Of a stretch of DNA of 64,000 nucleotides, positions 46,451-58,616 are shown piece after piece (within the stretch, counting starts at the first letter, position 1; each line of letters opens with the position of its first letter). The stretch is from Epithemia pelagica (Eukaryota; Protista; Bacillariophyta). The notes below the pieces were generated by a model. It was not told where the DNA came from. It made no database searches and was given only the letters and a program-made list of their open reading frames with translations. The DNA lies in NCBI GenBank assembly GCA_946965045.2, contig OX337232.1:3100001-3164000 (forward strand), in the 5' to 3' direction. The position numbers and the translations under genes are program-made.

Positions 46451-48208
46451 TCAATAACTTCCCATGCAATGAATCAAAGATCGAGACTTTAGAACGACGG
46501 ATTTCAGTTCACAGCTTCCACATTCAACCACATCCGGCACTGTTGAATCTAATGCATTGGCGCAGATGTCGTCGCAGTTCAAAAAGTCCAGAGGGTCTGT
46601 ACGGACATCGACTTGATCTTCGTAGTCATCGTCTTCGACCGTTTCAAACAGGGCATCCATATCCATTTCAAACACCACTCGTTCAAACGTACTCATGGCC
46701 CTGGAATCTGTAATGGAATCTTCGGCTGATATCATGGAATACGAACTCGAGGAATCCGACGATACTGTGGACGTTGTCAAGTCACTGACTTTTCTTCCGG
46801 CGGGAATTTCCTGGCGAAACTTGGGAAACCAATCTGGAAGATATTTGGAAGGGATTATTGTCACAACGGATTCCAGATCGCCCATTGTCTCTACTCCATT
46901 TTCGGCATCCTCTCGAAGTATCACCGATCGACGACGAACGGGACTCTCTCTTCGGGATTGCTTCGATTGCTGAGATTTCGATTGCTGAGATTTCAAAGCA
47001 GCAAAGGTCCAAAATCCATTCTTGAAACCACTTCGTTCTACTGTTTGAGATGCATCGCCCTTGTCTTGACTCTTATTCTTTTTTCGTGATTTTTTGGGAA
47101 GTTTCTTTGACTTTTGTTTCATAATTTTCTGATCTTGAGGGACACTGGAATCACTCACCGCACGCTCTGGTTTTGCTGGCTTTACGATCTTCAAACCTCC
47201 AGTGCTGTGTTCTGTCAACCGATTGCGCTTGGTTACCACAGCCCTGTTGTTGGTATTGTTGTCGCCCAACGGCTCTCCATTGTCTTTGTCACCATCCGAA
47301 GCATACGCTGCCGAGAATTCGAGGCCCCCGTATCTCTCCGTTGGCGATGTGCCTTGCTTCGACCACGCACTGCTTTGGTCACTGAAACGACGAATATGAC
47401 GGAACAATGACGATGATTCTGCGGGGGACTCGTTTTCAACGGGTGGAGCAAATGAACTTTCACTCTTGGCGTGACTCTTGACCTCCTCAAAGCTTGGTTC
47501 TCGGACCAGGTCGAGTGGCAGTGGTCCTGTGGGTGAGGATGGACATTCAGGACTCATGTGCTCAAAGAAATCAAAGGACCACAGGGAAAGTGGTTCGGTC
47601 TCTGCCGTCTGTGTTGTCTGCGGTGACGTAGGTGGATCTGCAAGGATTTTATCCATATCCGATGCAATGATTTCAGTTGTTGCAACTGACTTGATCCTAG
47701 TGTCCACGCTGGCGTCTCCATCAACCTTTGCCACATTTTCTGTCTTGCGCTTTGTTCGACCTTCGCTCTGACTCCTTGAACGCACTGAGGCATTGCTGTT
47801 TCGGCGTGAAACACTTTTGGATCTGGATCTGGATCGGGATCGGGAAGTAGAACGAGAACGCATGAATCGATTATCGTTTCCCCGTTTTAGTTTGATAGTT
47901 CTCTTAACGTCTCGGCCTCTGTGATTTTTCACCAATAGCTCGTCGTCGGTGCCTTCCGGAGTGACTTTCGGTTTGGCTGCAATCTTTGTCGGAGCCGGTG
48001 GAGGATTCCAATTCGTAGGAAACGCGTTGACAAGATCAACTTTTTCCCATTGGTTGTTTTGTAGGTCGTCCTCTTCTCCCCCAAAGGCCGAGTCACGAAA
48101 TGGACTGTTCATTGTGTCAAAGAACGATGGTTCATCGTCAAACACATTCCTGGACGGCGTCGACAGGACCAGAGTGTTGCGCTGCGTCTTGGCCTTGGGC
48201 GCCACCAT
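46451..48208 (-). CDS. Hypothetical, largely disordered protein with RS-rich tract
   Basis: 585-codon open frame from ATG 48208; RSRSTSRSRSRSRSKS tract; no domain recognised. Confidence 0.6.
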   Translation of the reverse strand: MVAPKAKTQRNTLVLSTPSRNVFDDEPSFFDTMNSPFRDSAFGGEEDDLQNNQWEKVDLVNAFPTNWNPPPAPTKIAAKPKVTPEGTDDELLVKNHRGRDVKRTIKLKRGNDNRFMRSRSTSRSRSRSRSKSVSRRNSNASVRSRSQSEGRTKRKTENVAKVDGDASVDTRIKSVATTEIIASDMDKILADPPTSPQTTQTAETEPLSLWSFDFFEHMSPECPSSPTGPLPLDLVREPSFEEVKSHAKSESSFAPPVENESPAESSSLFRHIRRFSDQSSAWSKQGTSPTERYGGLEFSAAYASDGDKDNGEPLGDNNTNNRAVVTKRNRLTEHSTGGLKIVKPAKPERAVSDSSVPQDQKIMKQKSKKLPKKSRKKNKSQDKGDASQTVERSGFKNGFWTFAALKSQQSKSQQSKQSRRESPVRRRSVILREDAENGVETMGDLESVVTIIPSKYLPDWFPKFRQEIPAGRKVSDLTTSTVSSDSSSSYSMISAEDSITDSRAMSTFERVVFEMDMDALFETVEDDDYEDQVDVRTDPLDFLNCDDICANALDSTVPDVVECGSCELKSVVLKSRSLIHCMGSY

Positions 48209-48777
48209 GCTGAATTGGCCTCTGATTCCCAAAATGATCGTCTTCTTTTGAACACGAGGGATGAAAACAACCACCAAGTCCGTAATGAGACACGCTTCTT
48301 ACGGCGGACATGTTCTTGTCTTGTGCTCGTGAAGTAGCCTTGGTCCGTTGCGGCGAATCGCAATATGCAAAACGTAAAAAGTAGCAGCCAATTTTGGTCA
48401 GCGTCACAAGTAGACTCGACTGGCGTGCACCCGATGAACAGACACTTCAAATCGGTTGGTGTCCGTTGAAGCCCAACAGTAAAATTGAGCGAGAGCAAGA
48501 GCTTTGTGTACTAACCGTTCTATTTGCTATAAATTTTGTGCGACCCAAGAACGATCATAAGGCCTGGCGAAAACGCGAGGCGTGCACTCAGTATGCTTGA
48601 GAAAGGATGTTCTTGAATATCAAACCCGAAACAGGTCGCTACGCGCGCGGAACTTCTTCTTCCGGATACGTGATCCACCTTTGTGCATCGTCACAAAATG
48701 AAAAATGCAATACTCCGCTCAGCAAGGTCTCATAAAACAACCGAGTCCAGAATCAAAACCTCACACAAGTAGTAATC

Positions 48778-49828
48778 ATGATGTTTCCAAGCACAACTCT
48801 TCGAAAAGCATTCGTTGGTATTCTTCCTGCAGTATCCAGAACTGCTCCATTCTCCACGACCACTATGCTGAAAGCAGCTTCGACGTCGCCTCAGGCGGTA
48901 TTGCCAAACGACTACAATTCACCAATGGAAAATGCTAATGTTCAATGTTCGCGTCATTCCGAGTGACAAACTCTATGTTTCAGAGCCCGATCCAGCCTGG
49001 TTTGGGAATGCTGCAAATCCGACAAATGATGATTCGTGGACCAATTCCAACTGGCTCAAGTCACGGTTTCATTTCTCATTCGCAGAGTATCACAATTTTG
49101 CCAATTCCAATTTCGGTCCCTTGCGCGTAATGAACGATGACTTGGTTCAACCTCATCGAGGATTTGGAACACACCCGCATGCCAATATGGAAATTATCAC
49201 GTACGTGGTGGAGGGAGAGCTGACACATCAAGATTCCATGGGTACCAAAGAAACGTTGGGACGTGGTAGCATTCAGTTCATGACGGCCGGTTCCGGAGTG
49301 TACCATAGTGAGTATAATCTTGGTGACAAACCGCTAAGGTTCATTCAAACATGGATTGTACCCACGCAGCAAGAACTTTCACCGAACTATGGCTCGTTCC
49401 GTGGAGAAAACGGAGAGGACCGCAAAAACAAACTACATCACCTTGTTTCCAGTGTATCCCAGACGAAACCAAGCACTCAATCTGACGAGGCAGACGAATC
49501 TTCACCCGAGATTGCAACAAGAACCCCCACAGTACTCGTGAATCAGGACGTGGACGCATATGCATCGGAAATGGAACTGGGACAGAAAGTGGTCTATGAA
49601 TTACCACCTGGTCGACAGGCATACTTGTTGTGTGTGGAAGGTGGTATCAAAGTGAATGGAAAGGCCCTCGAGCGTCATGATGCATGTGAGATTCATGGTG
49701 ACAATACTTCTGCGACGACCGTCGAGATTGAAGCAACCGAAACCGAATCGACCGAGAACGGTCAAGTTGCCCACTTTCTCATGTTCTCCATGAAACATGA
49801 AGACGGCTCCGGTCGGACAGATTTGTAG
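48778..49828 (+). CDS. Pirin-family (YhhW-like) protein; presequence separated from the domain by a 7-bp duplication
   Basis: SRFHFSFAEY, FGPLRVMNDDLV, GFGTHPHANMEIITYV, HQDSMG, QFMTAGSGVYHSEYN, FIQTWI, GRQAYL. (AATGTTC)2 at 48937-48950 shifts the frame relative to the upstream ATG 48778. Confidence 0.9.
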
Positions 49829-50042
49829 ATTTTAGCACCATCATCTTTGTATAATGTTATATTTCATAGCAGTTAGAGTCCTTTCCTTTCTATCTTTGTT
49901 GCACGTGTATAGCGTTTCGAAAGAACGTCTTTATGAATGATCTTTCCGTGGATAGTGCGGAATCTTCTGCCATCATTCGATCACCAGATACTGCATATAA
50001 ATGGTTTCCTGACGGCAACGCTTCTTCAATCAAACTATCATC

Positions 50043-53000
50043 TCATGCTCCATCTCTCAGGATGAGACGAGAGATTGCTTCCATTTCTGGTGTTGTCGTC
50101 ATGTCGAAAGATGGATCAGTCGACTTTAGGTCCAGGAGCTGGTCAAGCCGTTTGCGCAAGCCACCAATCAGTGTTCCAATCTTAGGACTGGCTGAAAGCT
50201 GGCACCAGTTGTCAACAACAATGACCCCCTTTGGAAGCTTGGATTTCCAGCTCTCCCCCAAACAGCAGCAATGAGTACTCATCACATTCCGTCACATCTC
50301 GCAGAAATGGTTTGGATGTGCGGACCAAAGAATTGTAGACCACCCATGGGCAACTGTAATTTCCGGCTCCAAAGTTGATCGATGATGGGTGAACGAAAAC
50401 TCTTTCTTCCATGTTTCTCGTATGCTCCACATTCGTGTCTGGAAAAATTCGAGCAAAAAACCTTAGTTCCTGAGCCTTCCCTTGCTTTTCTTTAGCTCCT
50501 TCTGCCGTTTCCTGGTAGGTAACAGCTGGCCGAACAATCTTCACCAACTGGCCTGGAGCCATTCCAGCAACTGCAACGGCTCTAATGATACGCCAATAGC
50601 TACCATGTTCGTTGGAATCGGAAGTATTGATATAGCCCACCGAACTCAATGCAGCGTCGAATTGTTGCTTTAGGAGAAGGAGATCGCGCATTGCAGGGAT
50701 GCTAAGGCCCAGCTTCTCAGAATACTTCCTCCGTTCCGGCCCTTTGGACTGCTCCCAATCCATGAATATTTTCGCCAGGAAAGCATGGTCACTTTGGCCT
50801 ACTAACTTGTAGACTCCTTTCCGTTCCTCCAAAATCTTTGACTTTTTCATTTCCTCAATTGGATCAATGTCATCATCCGCAGCATTCTTAGGTTTAACCT
50901 CAATTCGTAGCAACGGGCTTCGGGCTAGGCTCATTCCTGCACCCATAGCCAGCCCAGCGTTCCGACAACCCAATATGCACCCAAATATCAGAACTTCACA
51001 TAAATAGGTTAGGGTAAGATTTTGTTTCAGTGCACGAATGTGGTGTTTATACGTACTCTTTCCTACGATTGGAGGCGCAGGTATTCCGGCGAGATGCATA
51101 CCAAGGGGAGTCAGCTTATCATGCGTTTTGTTCACTGCTCCCAAGGTTTGGAGACTTTCCAATGCCGTTTGCAAAGACTTGGCCTGGGGTGGATCGAGAA
51201 GGCTTGTTATAAATGATCCAGACGGACTACAGTCCACTCCAAGGAAGAGGAGCGAAAGGAGAGTTTGGTCCAGAGCAGTTCGCAGAATTTCAGGCTCTGT
51301 ATCATTTCTAAGCTTTTCAAACGTGCCCGACGAGATCAATTTATAGCAGGTCCCTGGCCGTACACGTCCGGCTCGCCCTCTTCGTTGTTTCAAGCCTGTG
51401 GGGAAGAAGAAAGAACAAACATCAGTGCCATATACCAACACACAACATGGAGGGACAAACAAACATAGCGTACTAGCCTTCGAACAAAAGGTTTCAAGGA
51501 GAAGTGGCATTCGATTCGATGGATCATAGGATGATTGCTTTTCTCTTCCACAGTCAATCACGGCTGTACAGTCGGGAATTGTAACTGACCTGTAAGACCC
51601 AGGCAGACAAGAGAAATGTGAGTGAAGAGGCGTAAGATTCACAACAAACTAATACGGCACGACTTACGTTTCGGCAATGTTGGTGGACAAAATCACTTTG
51701 TGTTTTCCTTTCTCGGCGGGTTTGAAAACTAGGCTTTGTTCTTTGGGTTGGAGTCCACCATGCAATGGCAAGATGGTCAACGGGATGTCCCTTATTTCTC
51801 TCGAAATCGTTTCCTGAGTCCTATTGATTTCTGGAGCTCCAGGTAGAAAGACAAGAACTGATCCATCATCGCCAGCTTCTTCCTTGACAGATATGATATA
51901 CTTGATAAGCATGGCAACGAGTTTGAAATCAACCTCAGTTTCATCCACTCGAGCAACAATCTCCGATATAGGTCTGCCATGAACTTCTCTGGAATCCTCA
52001 GCTTTACTCTCTTCGTCTCCATCGTTCTCGTCCTTTTCCTCTGACATTGTGCTCTTTTGTTCATTAAGACTGTTGGCCACACCGCTTGATTTACCTTTCT
52101 TCTTTTTTGGTGGCATGTATTGCGTGAATGCCAAGACGTCCTCCAAAAAGTAATCCTTAACGGGGAATGTACGTCCAGGTATATGAAGTTGCGGCATATC
52201 CGATCCCCAATACGACGCAAACTTTTGGCTATCCAACGTCGCACTCATGAGAACGACTGTCAAATGGGTCTGTCGTGACAATTGCTCCTTGAGAAGGGCA
52301 AGCAAAATGTCCATATCCAAGGATCGTTCATGTACCTCGTCCAACACAATGTGCGTCAAGGAATCCAATGCATTGGCACTTTGCATCTGCCGCAGCAAAA
52401 CGCCTGTCGTACAAAAGACTAATCGTGATTGCTTACAGAGCGCGGAATCACCACGAACCACGTAGCCCACACTGCCAACGCCAGGTCGAGACTCGCCACG
52501 TTCTTGGGCAACACGGGATGCCACTCCCGTTGCTGCCACACGCCGAGGCTGGCACACAATAATCTTGGCATCGAGAGGATTCTCTTCCAAGATGAACTGT
52601 AAAACGATGTGAGAATCCGTCGGGAAAAGGGTGATCAACCCACATTACCGTACGCTGGTTCAAATTGGAGGTGATGAGACATGAAGACTTACCTGAGGAA
52701 TTTGCGTCGACTATGCATTCACAAGGAAACAAAAAAGGGGGAAACACAGAGAGGGAAATCACGCAAGAGCAAAAGTCGTTTAGATCTCCACTAGATGATA
52801 GCAGACAAAGTCTGATTCTCTCTTACCTTTCCACATCCCGTTTCTCCCGTAAGTAGCATAACGCGACCCTTTGATTGCGCCTCTCGCAACTTGTCCAAAA
52901 AGTCTGATCGGGCGGTATGAGCCGGTAGTGAAGTTCGTGCTTTTTGTAAGAGTGGACCCAGTTTTGGAAAGGGCATTGCCTTGGGTGTTTGCGTGGGAGG

Positions 53001-55301
53001 GGTTGACCAAAATGGACCCTTTTCGCGAGGTCGTCGTTTGACGACGCTTGGGGAAGCAGATTGAGACGTGTTTTTGGCTGGCCGTTTTCCAGTTTGCTTC
53101 GAGCCGGTACTGGTTATGGACGGCGCGGACCGATTGCCCTTTGATTGGTTGTCCTTGCTCAATGACGTTGAATGATTTACTCTGTCTTGCGATTTACTGG
53201 GGTCCACCAAGTCTTGCGGTTTACTGTTGTCCACCAAGGACTTGGTGGTACTGGTTTCCTCGCCCAAACCTTCCAGCAACAAGGACGACACAAAGGAGTA
53301 AATGTCAAAGATAGCTGGTTGATCCAACACCAGATCTTGTGCCAGATACTGGACAATTTGAGCGTGGACAGTCGTCCCCCTGGGCTTTGTACCGGCCGTG
53401 GCCAAAGACGACAATCTGTCCTGCACCAAGACACGAATGGGACGCTGGGCCGGATACAAGCCTCGTTGCAGTTGGATTTGCAATCTCCAGTCATGGGTTG
53501 GACCAGGCGTATTGTCGCTGTTGTTCGGTTCCGAATCGGGAGTGGCTGGAATGGGTATCGAAATTGTACAGAGATTGTCGTCGTATTCGCATTGGACCTT
53601 GTCCTCGCCAAAAATGGCACTCAAGGCTTCCAATTCCTCCTGAAACAGTTGCTCGTGTTCTTGTTTGGTTTCGTCGGGAATGGACGGTGAAACACTAGTC
53701 CCACCACGGCTGTCGTTGCCCGCCAGCAGAACCGCTTCGCAGCCCTCGTGACGAACCACCAGTTCCCAAAACAGTTCCAAAAGCATGGCGGATGAATCGG
53801 GTTGTTGTTGTTGTTTGTTGGAGTTTTGTTCCAGCTCTTGTACGATCCAGTGGGCTTCCGCCAGCGACAATCCCAACGAGTGAATCAAGGTTTGGCGTTG
53901 CAATTCCGTCAAGGGTGGAGTACGGGAGCTGCTTGCTGATGTGGTTGTGGACGAAGACGGTGCCGCAACGACAACCTCTAATTGTCCTTGGTTGGGATCC
54001 AATCCTACGGGCAAATCGTCTTCGGGAACATGCAACAAGAGCCATTGCAAACAGGGTTCGTAGAACTGCAATTCCCACGTTGAGGTATCCGTGATGTCCA
54101 TTTGTTTGGATGCATGCGTTTCGGTATAGGCCAAGCGGGCTTGTCGATTAGTAAATCCTTGTTGTTGCAAACGGTCTTGAACATATTGTTGGATGGGACT
54201 CTTTTCCTCCAAATCCTTGTCGTCGTCTTCGTCATTGTCTTCCTCGTCATTCTTTTGCAACAGCGCCAACAACTTGGCCCGACGATGGGGATCCTTTGTT
54301 GACGTCGAGTCGTTATCGTTGTTGTGTTCATCGAGCAAGACTTGTTCCAAGACGCGACGCATTTGTGCCGTCATGGTCACAAGTGGCAATCGATTGGCCA
54401 TTTGCGTAGCATTTCGTTTGGCCCATTTGGCATTGCGTTGTCTCAAATGTTCCAATCGTTCTTGATCTCGTTGCGCTTGACTTGTCACACGACCCTGTCC
54501 CAAATGCGTCGATACCGTAGGAGCCGCCACTTTGTTGGTATCATCCTCGTCGTCGTCGTTGTTCCGGTCGTCCTCCATGGAGGAGACAGAAGCCTTGTTG
54601 TTGTTTTTCGTGGCGTGGTTCTTTTTGTTTGGATTGTTATTGTTGGTGGGTGGAGCCTTGGTTCGTTCGACTGTGGTAGCGGCTTTGCGGATGGTAGTAG
54701 TAGCCGACGGATGTTGAATGGCATGAAGCCAGGTGGATTTGTAGGGTTCCGGCAAGGTTCGTTCATGTGGCAAGGTGGGAGTCAAATGCAACAAGGCCAA
54801 GAGAGCCGCTTCTTGACGGGCTTGTTCTTCATTGGCAACTCCCACTTGGGGGACAAAGAACAAGTCTTTTTTGGCATCGCCCTTGGCATCGGGGACAATG
54901 ATGCGATACTTGTACAAGGAATTCGTATTGTTGCTGTTGGGATTTCCTTGAATCAATTTGAATTTGGGTTTGTGATAAACCTTGTGTTGTCGTTGCGTGT
55001 ATTCCGACAATAATTGTGTGGGCAATCGTTGCCACGAGGCTGTCGGTTTGGTGTTGTTGTTGTTGGTACTACCACTAGCGATTGCTTTTTCCGCCACGGC
55101 CGTTTGTCCGGAAGCACCCTTTTGTTTGTGACCCTTGCCACCCCATTGTTGTGTGGTGGCATCCCATTTGTGGCCCTTGCTGGGACGCGGAGGACGATTG
55201 CCACAGGTACACTTGTAGGGATCGTCGCACGTACACTTGGGGGTAGTGGTTGCTCCTTTGCTGCTGCTGCTGCTGCCAGCCTTTTTGGAGGATTTGCCCA
55301 T
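50043..55301 (-). CDS. DEAH-box RNA helicase, DHX57/YLR419W-like (RWD domain), 6 exons, one apparent +1 frameshift
   Basis: Exons 55301-52827, 52710-52693 (18 nt, STQIPQ), 52596-51668, 51589-51474, 51395-51057, 50993-50043. Motifs GETGCGK, CQPRRVAA, LDEVHER, MSAT, VFLPG, STNIAETSVTIPD, QRRGRAGR. An extra C in the 50225-50229 run interrupts ASKG-VIVVDNW. Confidence 0.92.
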
Positions 55302-56181
55302 GGTCCACTCTTCTGAATGTTGGGGGCAAAACGAGATGAGAGAACCAAGGATGGATGGATTCGACCTACTCACAAAATGATGGACACTTTGGAAGATCCT
55401 TATCGCGCACAACTCCCCAACAACAACAGTGAGCAACCAATCTCAATCTCGTTCTCGTAGGATCGCTAACTTCACAGGAACCAGTTTTGGCGACTCTGTC
55501 TCATACAAACTGTTTCCTTTAGTGTCATGCACTAACAAGACAATAAAGACACGACGCATCAAGGGTTTTTACAATTTGCGTCACATGGTCGTCATCATTT
55601 GAGCTGTCCTGCAGATTATACGCGACCTATGTCATGAAAACCATACGCGATCAGAGTCATGTAAATAATACGCGACCGATCACAAATACATAACAGCGTC
55701 CGAAGGGCGATCGGAAACAGTTCCGAATTTGGTGACAGATCTGGAATATCATCTGCAGCAACGACCTGACCATGATTCTGTCTTCTTCTTCTTCTTCCTG
55801 TTTTTCTTGGAACTATCAAAAGAACTTTGCTTGAAGCGTTGGTGCTTCATTGAACTTCCACTCAAATTTCACGTTGGCAGGTTGTCTGGATTGGTTTGCG
55901 AAGCCACAACGTCTACCTAGTAGCATCCATCAGTTGACATTCGCGAGTGGTTGTCAACCAGTTGTCATTCTCTCGAAAGACGACATTTCAAAATCAGGCA
56001 TTCGAACGAGAAGGCGTGTGTCAACCGCAACGGCAGAAGATACCAGGAGTTCTTGCGGTCTCCGTGTTTGGTAGCGTGTCGGTGAGAGAGTCGATTGTGC
56101 CATTCTTTGGAATCTTTGGGAGACACCACGAAGCAAGAGCCTAGTAGAGCAGCCGCAGCAGCAGCAAGAGTACTCTGTATC

Positions 56182-57982
56182 ATGATGTGGAGCCATAGTG
56201 GAATCGTGGGCCGAACTCTCAAGCGGATCTCGAGCACTCAACGTCCAAGACTGTTTCGAAATTACCCTGGATCCGATTCATGCTACACCAAAAGTTTCTT
56301 CCTTTCTTCCAGACACTTGTCGTCGTCGTCGTCCTCTTCCGCGTTGGATCCATCGTGTCATGTCCTGATTGTGGGTGGTGGACCCGTTGGTTGTTCGACG
56401 GCCTATCATTTGGCTCTTTCCGATTCCACCAAGAGGATTGTTGTGGTGGAACAAGATGCCACCTATGCCACGGCATCGGCCATGTTGTCGGCTGGTGGGA
56501 TTCGACAACAATTTTCCTTGACGGAAAATGTCCAAATGTCCTTGTATGGGATTGACTTTTTGCGCACGGCGCACCAACGATTTGCGACATCCAATCATGA
56601 CAACAAGGATCCCAATCCAGTCCAATTGGAAGAACATGGATACTTGTTTTTGGCGTCCAGTCACGCGGGTCGTGACCAATTGATGCGCAATCATGAAACG
56701 CAACAGGCGGCTGGTGCCACGGACATTTGCCTGGTGTCGCCCGAGGATTTGGCCCAGCAATTTCCGTGGTTGTATACGGACGATTTAGTCTTGGGGAGTT
56801 TGGGGAAACGAGGCGAAGGATGGTTTGATCCATGGTCCTATTTGCAAGGATTGAAACGGGCCTGTCAAGCCATGGGGGTCGTCTTTGTCCAAGGACGACC
56901 GATTGGGACCACACGACGACCGGCCGCCGACGCGTCGGCCAATGTCTCGCAACCACAACAAGTTGTGGAGCAAGTGCACATTCAAGAAACAACAACGACC
57001 ACGACGACATTGTCACCGCGTGTGTCGACCTACACTGTTGACCAGGTCGTCAATGCCACGGGCGCCCATTGTCGTTCCGTCCTCAATGTCTTGGCGGGTG
57101 GACCCGCTTCCAGTCTGCCTCGCGATCAAGTCTTGGCCTTTCCCTTGCCCGTCTATCCCCGGAAACGGTGTATTTTTGCCTTTCATTGTCCTACGGCGAC
57201 CGACTGGACGGCGCCCTTGACGGTTTGTCCCACCACGGGCGTCTATTTTCGATCGACTCAAGGGGGAACGGCAACCAGTAGTAGTACTACTACAAAGAAG
57301 AGTGGCAGCGAGAGTAGCCAACCGCCGCAGGGAGGCAGTGGATACTTTTTGGCGGGCGTATCCCCGCCGGCCGAACTCGACACGGTCGAAGAGTCGGTCT
57401 GGACCGGACACGGTCCCCACGAATTGACCGTCACGGCACAAGACTATGAAACCTTGTTTGAAGACTTGATTTGGCCCGCCTTGTACGAACGCGTCCCCGA
57501 CCATTTTGGTGAACTCAAGGTCCAATCGAGCTGGGCGGGATTTTATGAATGTACGTACCAAACGAACCGATTCTGTTCAAAAAACACAATGTTCTAGCAA
57601 GATATATATCTCACACACACGTCTCGATGCAACACCATGAACAGACAATACCTTGGATCAAAATGGCATTATTGATTTCCATCCCGAATTGACCAATGTC
57701 TTGCTGGTCAATGGCTTTAGTGGTCATGGATTGCAACACAGTCCCGCTTCGGGACGTGCCGCGGCCGAGTTGTTGCTGAACCAGGGACAATTCCAAACCT
57801 TGGATTTGCGTCTCCTCAACTTTGCTCGTCTCATGCGGTCCGAAGCAACCACCACGCGTAGAAGTACTGCTACAAGTACTTCAGTTTTGTTGCCCCCTCG
57901 ACCGCATCACCACCAATCGGACGCCCCACTAGAACCACCCTCTCCACTTCCTCCCTTGGCATTGGAACAAGCAATTGTGTAA
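56182..57982 (+). CDS. FAD-dependent oxidoreductase, FOXRED1-like (DAO/sarcosine oxidase family), 2 exons
   Basis: VLIVGGGPVGCSTAYHL, LSAGGIRQQFS, EGWFDP, SSWAGFYE|YNTLDQNGII, NGFSGHGLQHSPASGR. Intron 57551-57644. Confidence 0.9.
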
Positions 57983-58353
57983 GAGAAGAGAGATCCACAA
58001 GAAGAAGAAGAAGAAGGATAGGAAAGCTGACCGTGAGGATCATGTCACACAACCAAACAACACGAGACCACCAGCACCTACTATAGAATCCTGTTTATCG
58101 CCCCACATCATTGCAAAGCGCAAAGCTGTAAGAATGATGGGTTTGGTTCAGCACAGATGTTGTTGGGTAGTCACCATCGACTTCTACAAATTTGATGCCA
58201 AGAGAGCCGAACACGCAACAAGAAAGGTTCTTCCCGATGACGTGTGAGACGTGTCTGGACTTTAGTGATGACTTTTGGGCGAAAGATGGCAAGGGGTTTG
58301 TCACTCTATCTGATTGTTGCCGTCGACATCTCTTCAAGCTTGCTGCTATGCGG

Positions 58354-58416
58354 CCTTCCGTTTTCCATGACATTGATACCACAGCACATCCCTTCCGTTT
58401 TCCATGACATTGATAC
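58354..58416. repeat. 26-bp exact direct repeat pair, 37-bp period
   Basis: ccttccgttttccatgacattgatac at 58354-58379 and 58391-58416. Confidence 0.85.
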
Positions 58417-58616
58417 ATAGATGTATCTCTATCCACGATTGGTCTGCGCGGAAAGATACCCCCTTCTTTTCATGATGTACGATTGGGATGTGGAGGTACG
58501 ATGAGCGATTGAGAAATGGAGTCATGCAATGTCAACATCTCGCAAAATTTTGTTGATGTGGCAAACAACAAGCCAGAGCGAATTGAAACGACATTGGTGT
58601 CTTGGTTCCGTACCTC

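Noticed and set aside
58354-58416. 26-bp repeat pair with 11-bp spacer
   Set aside because: Simple local duplication; too few units and spacer too short for an array.
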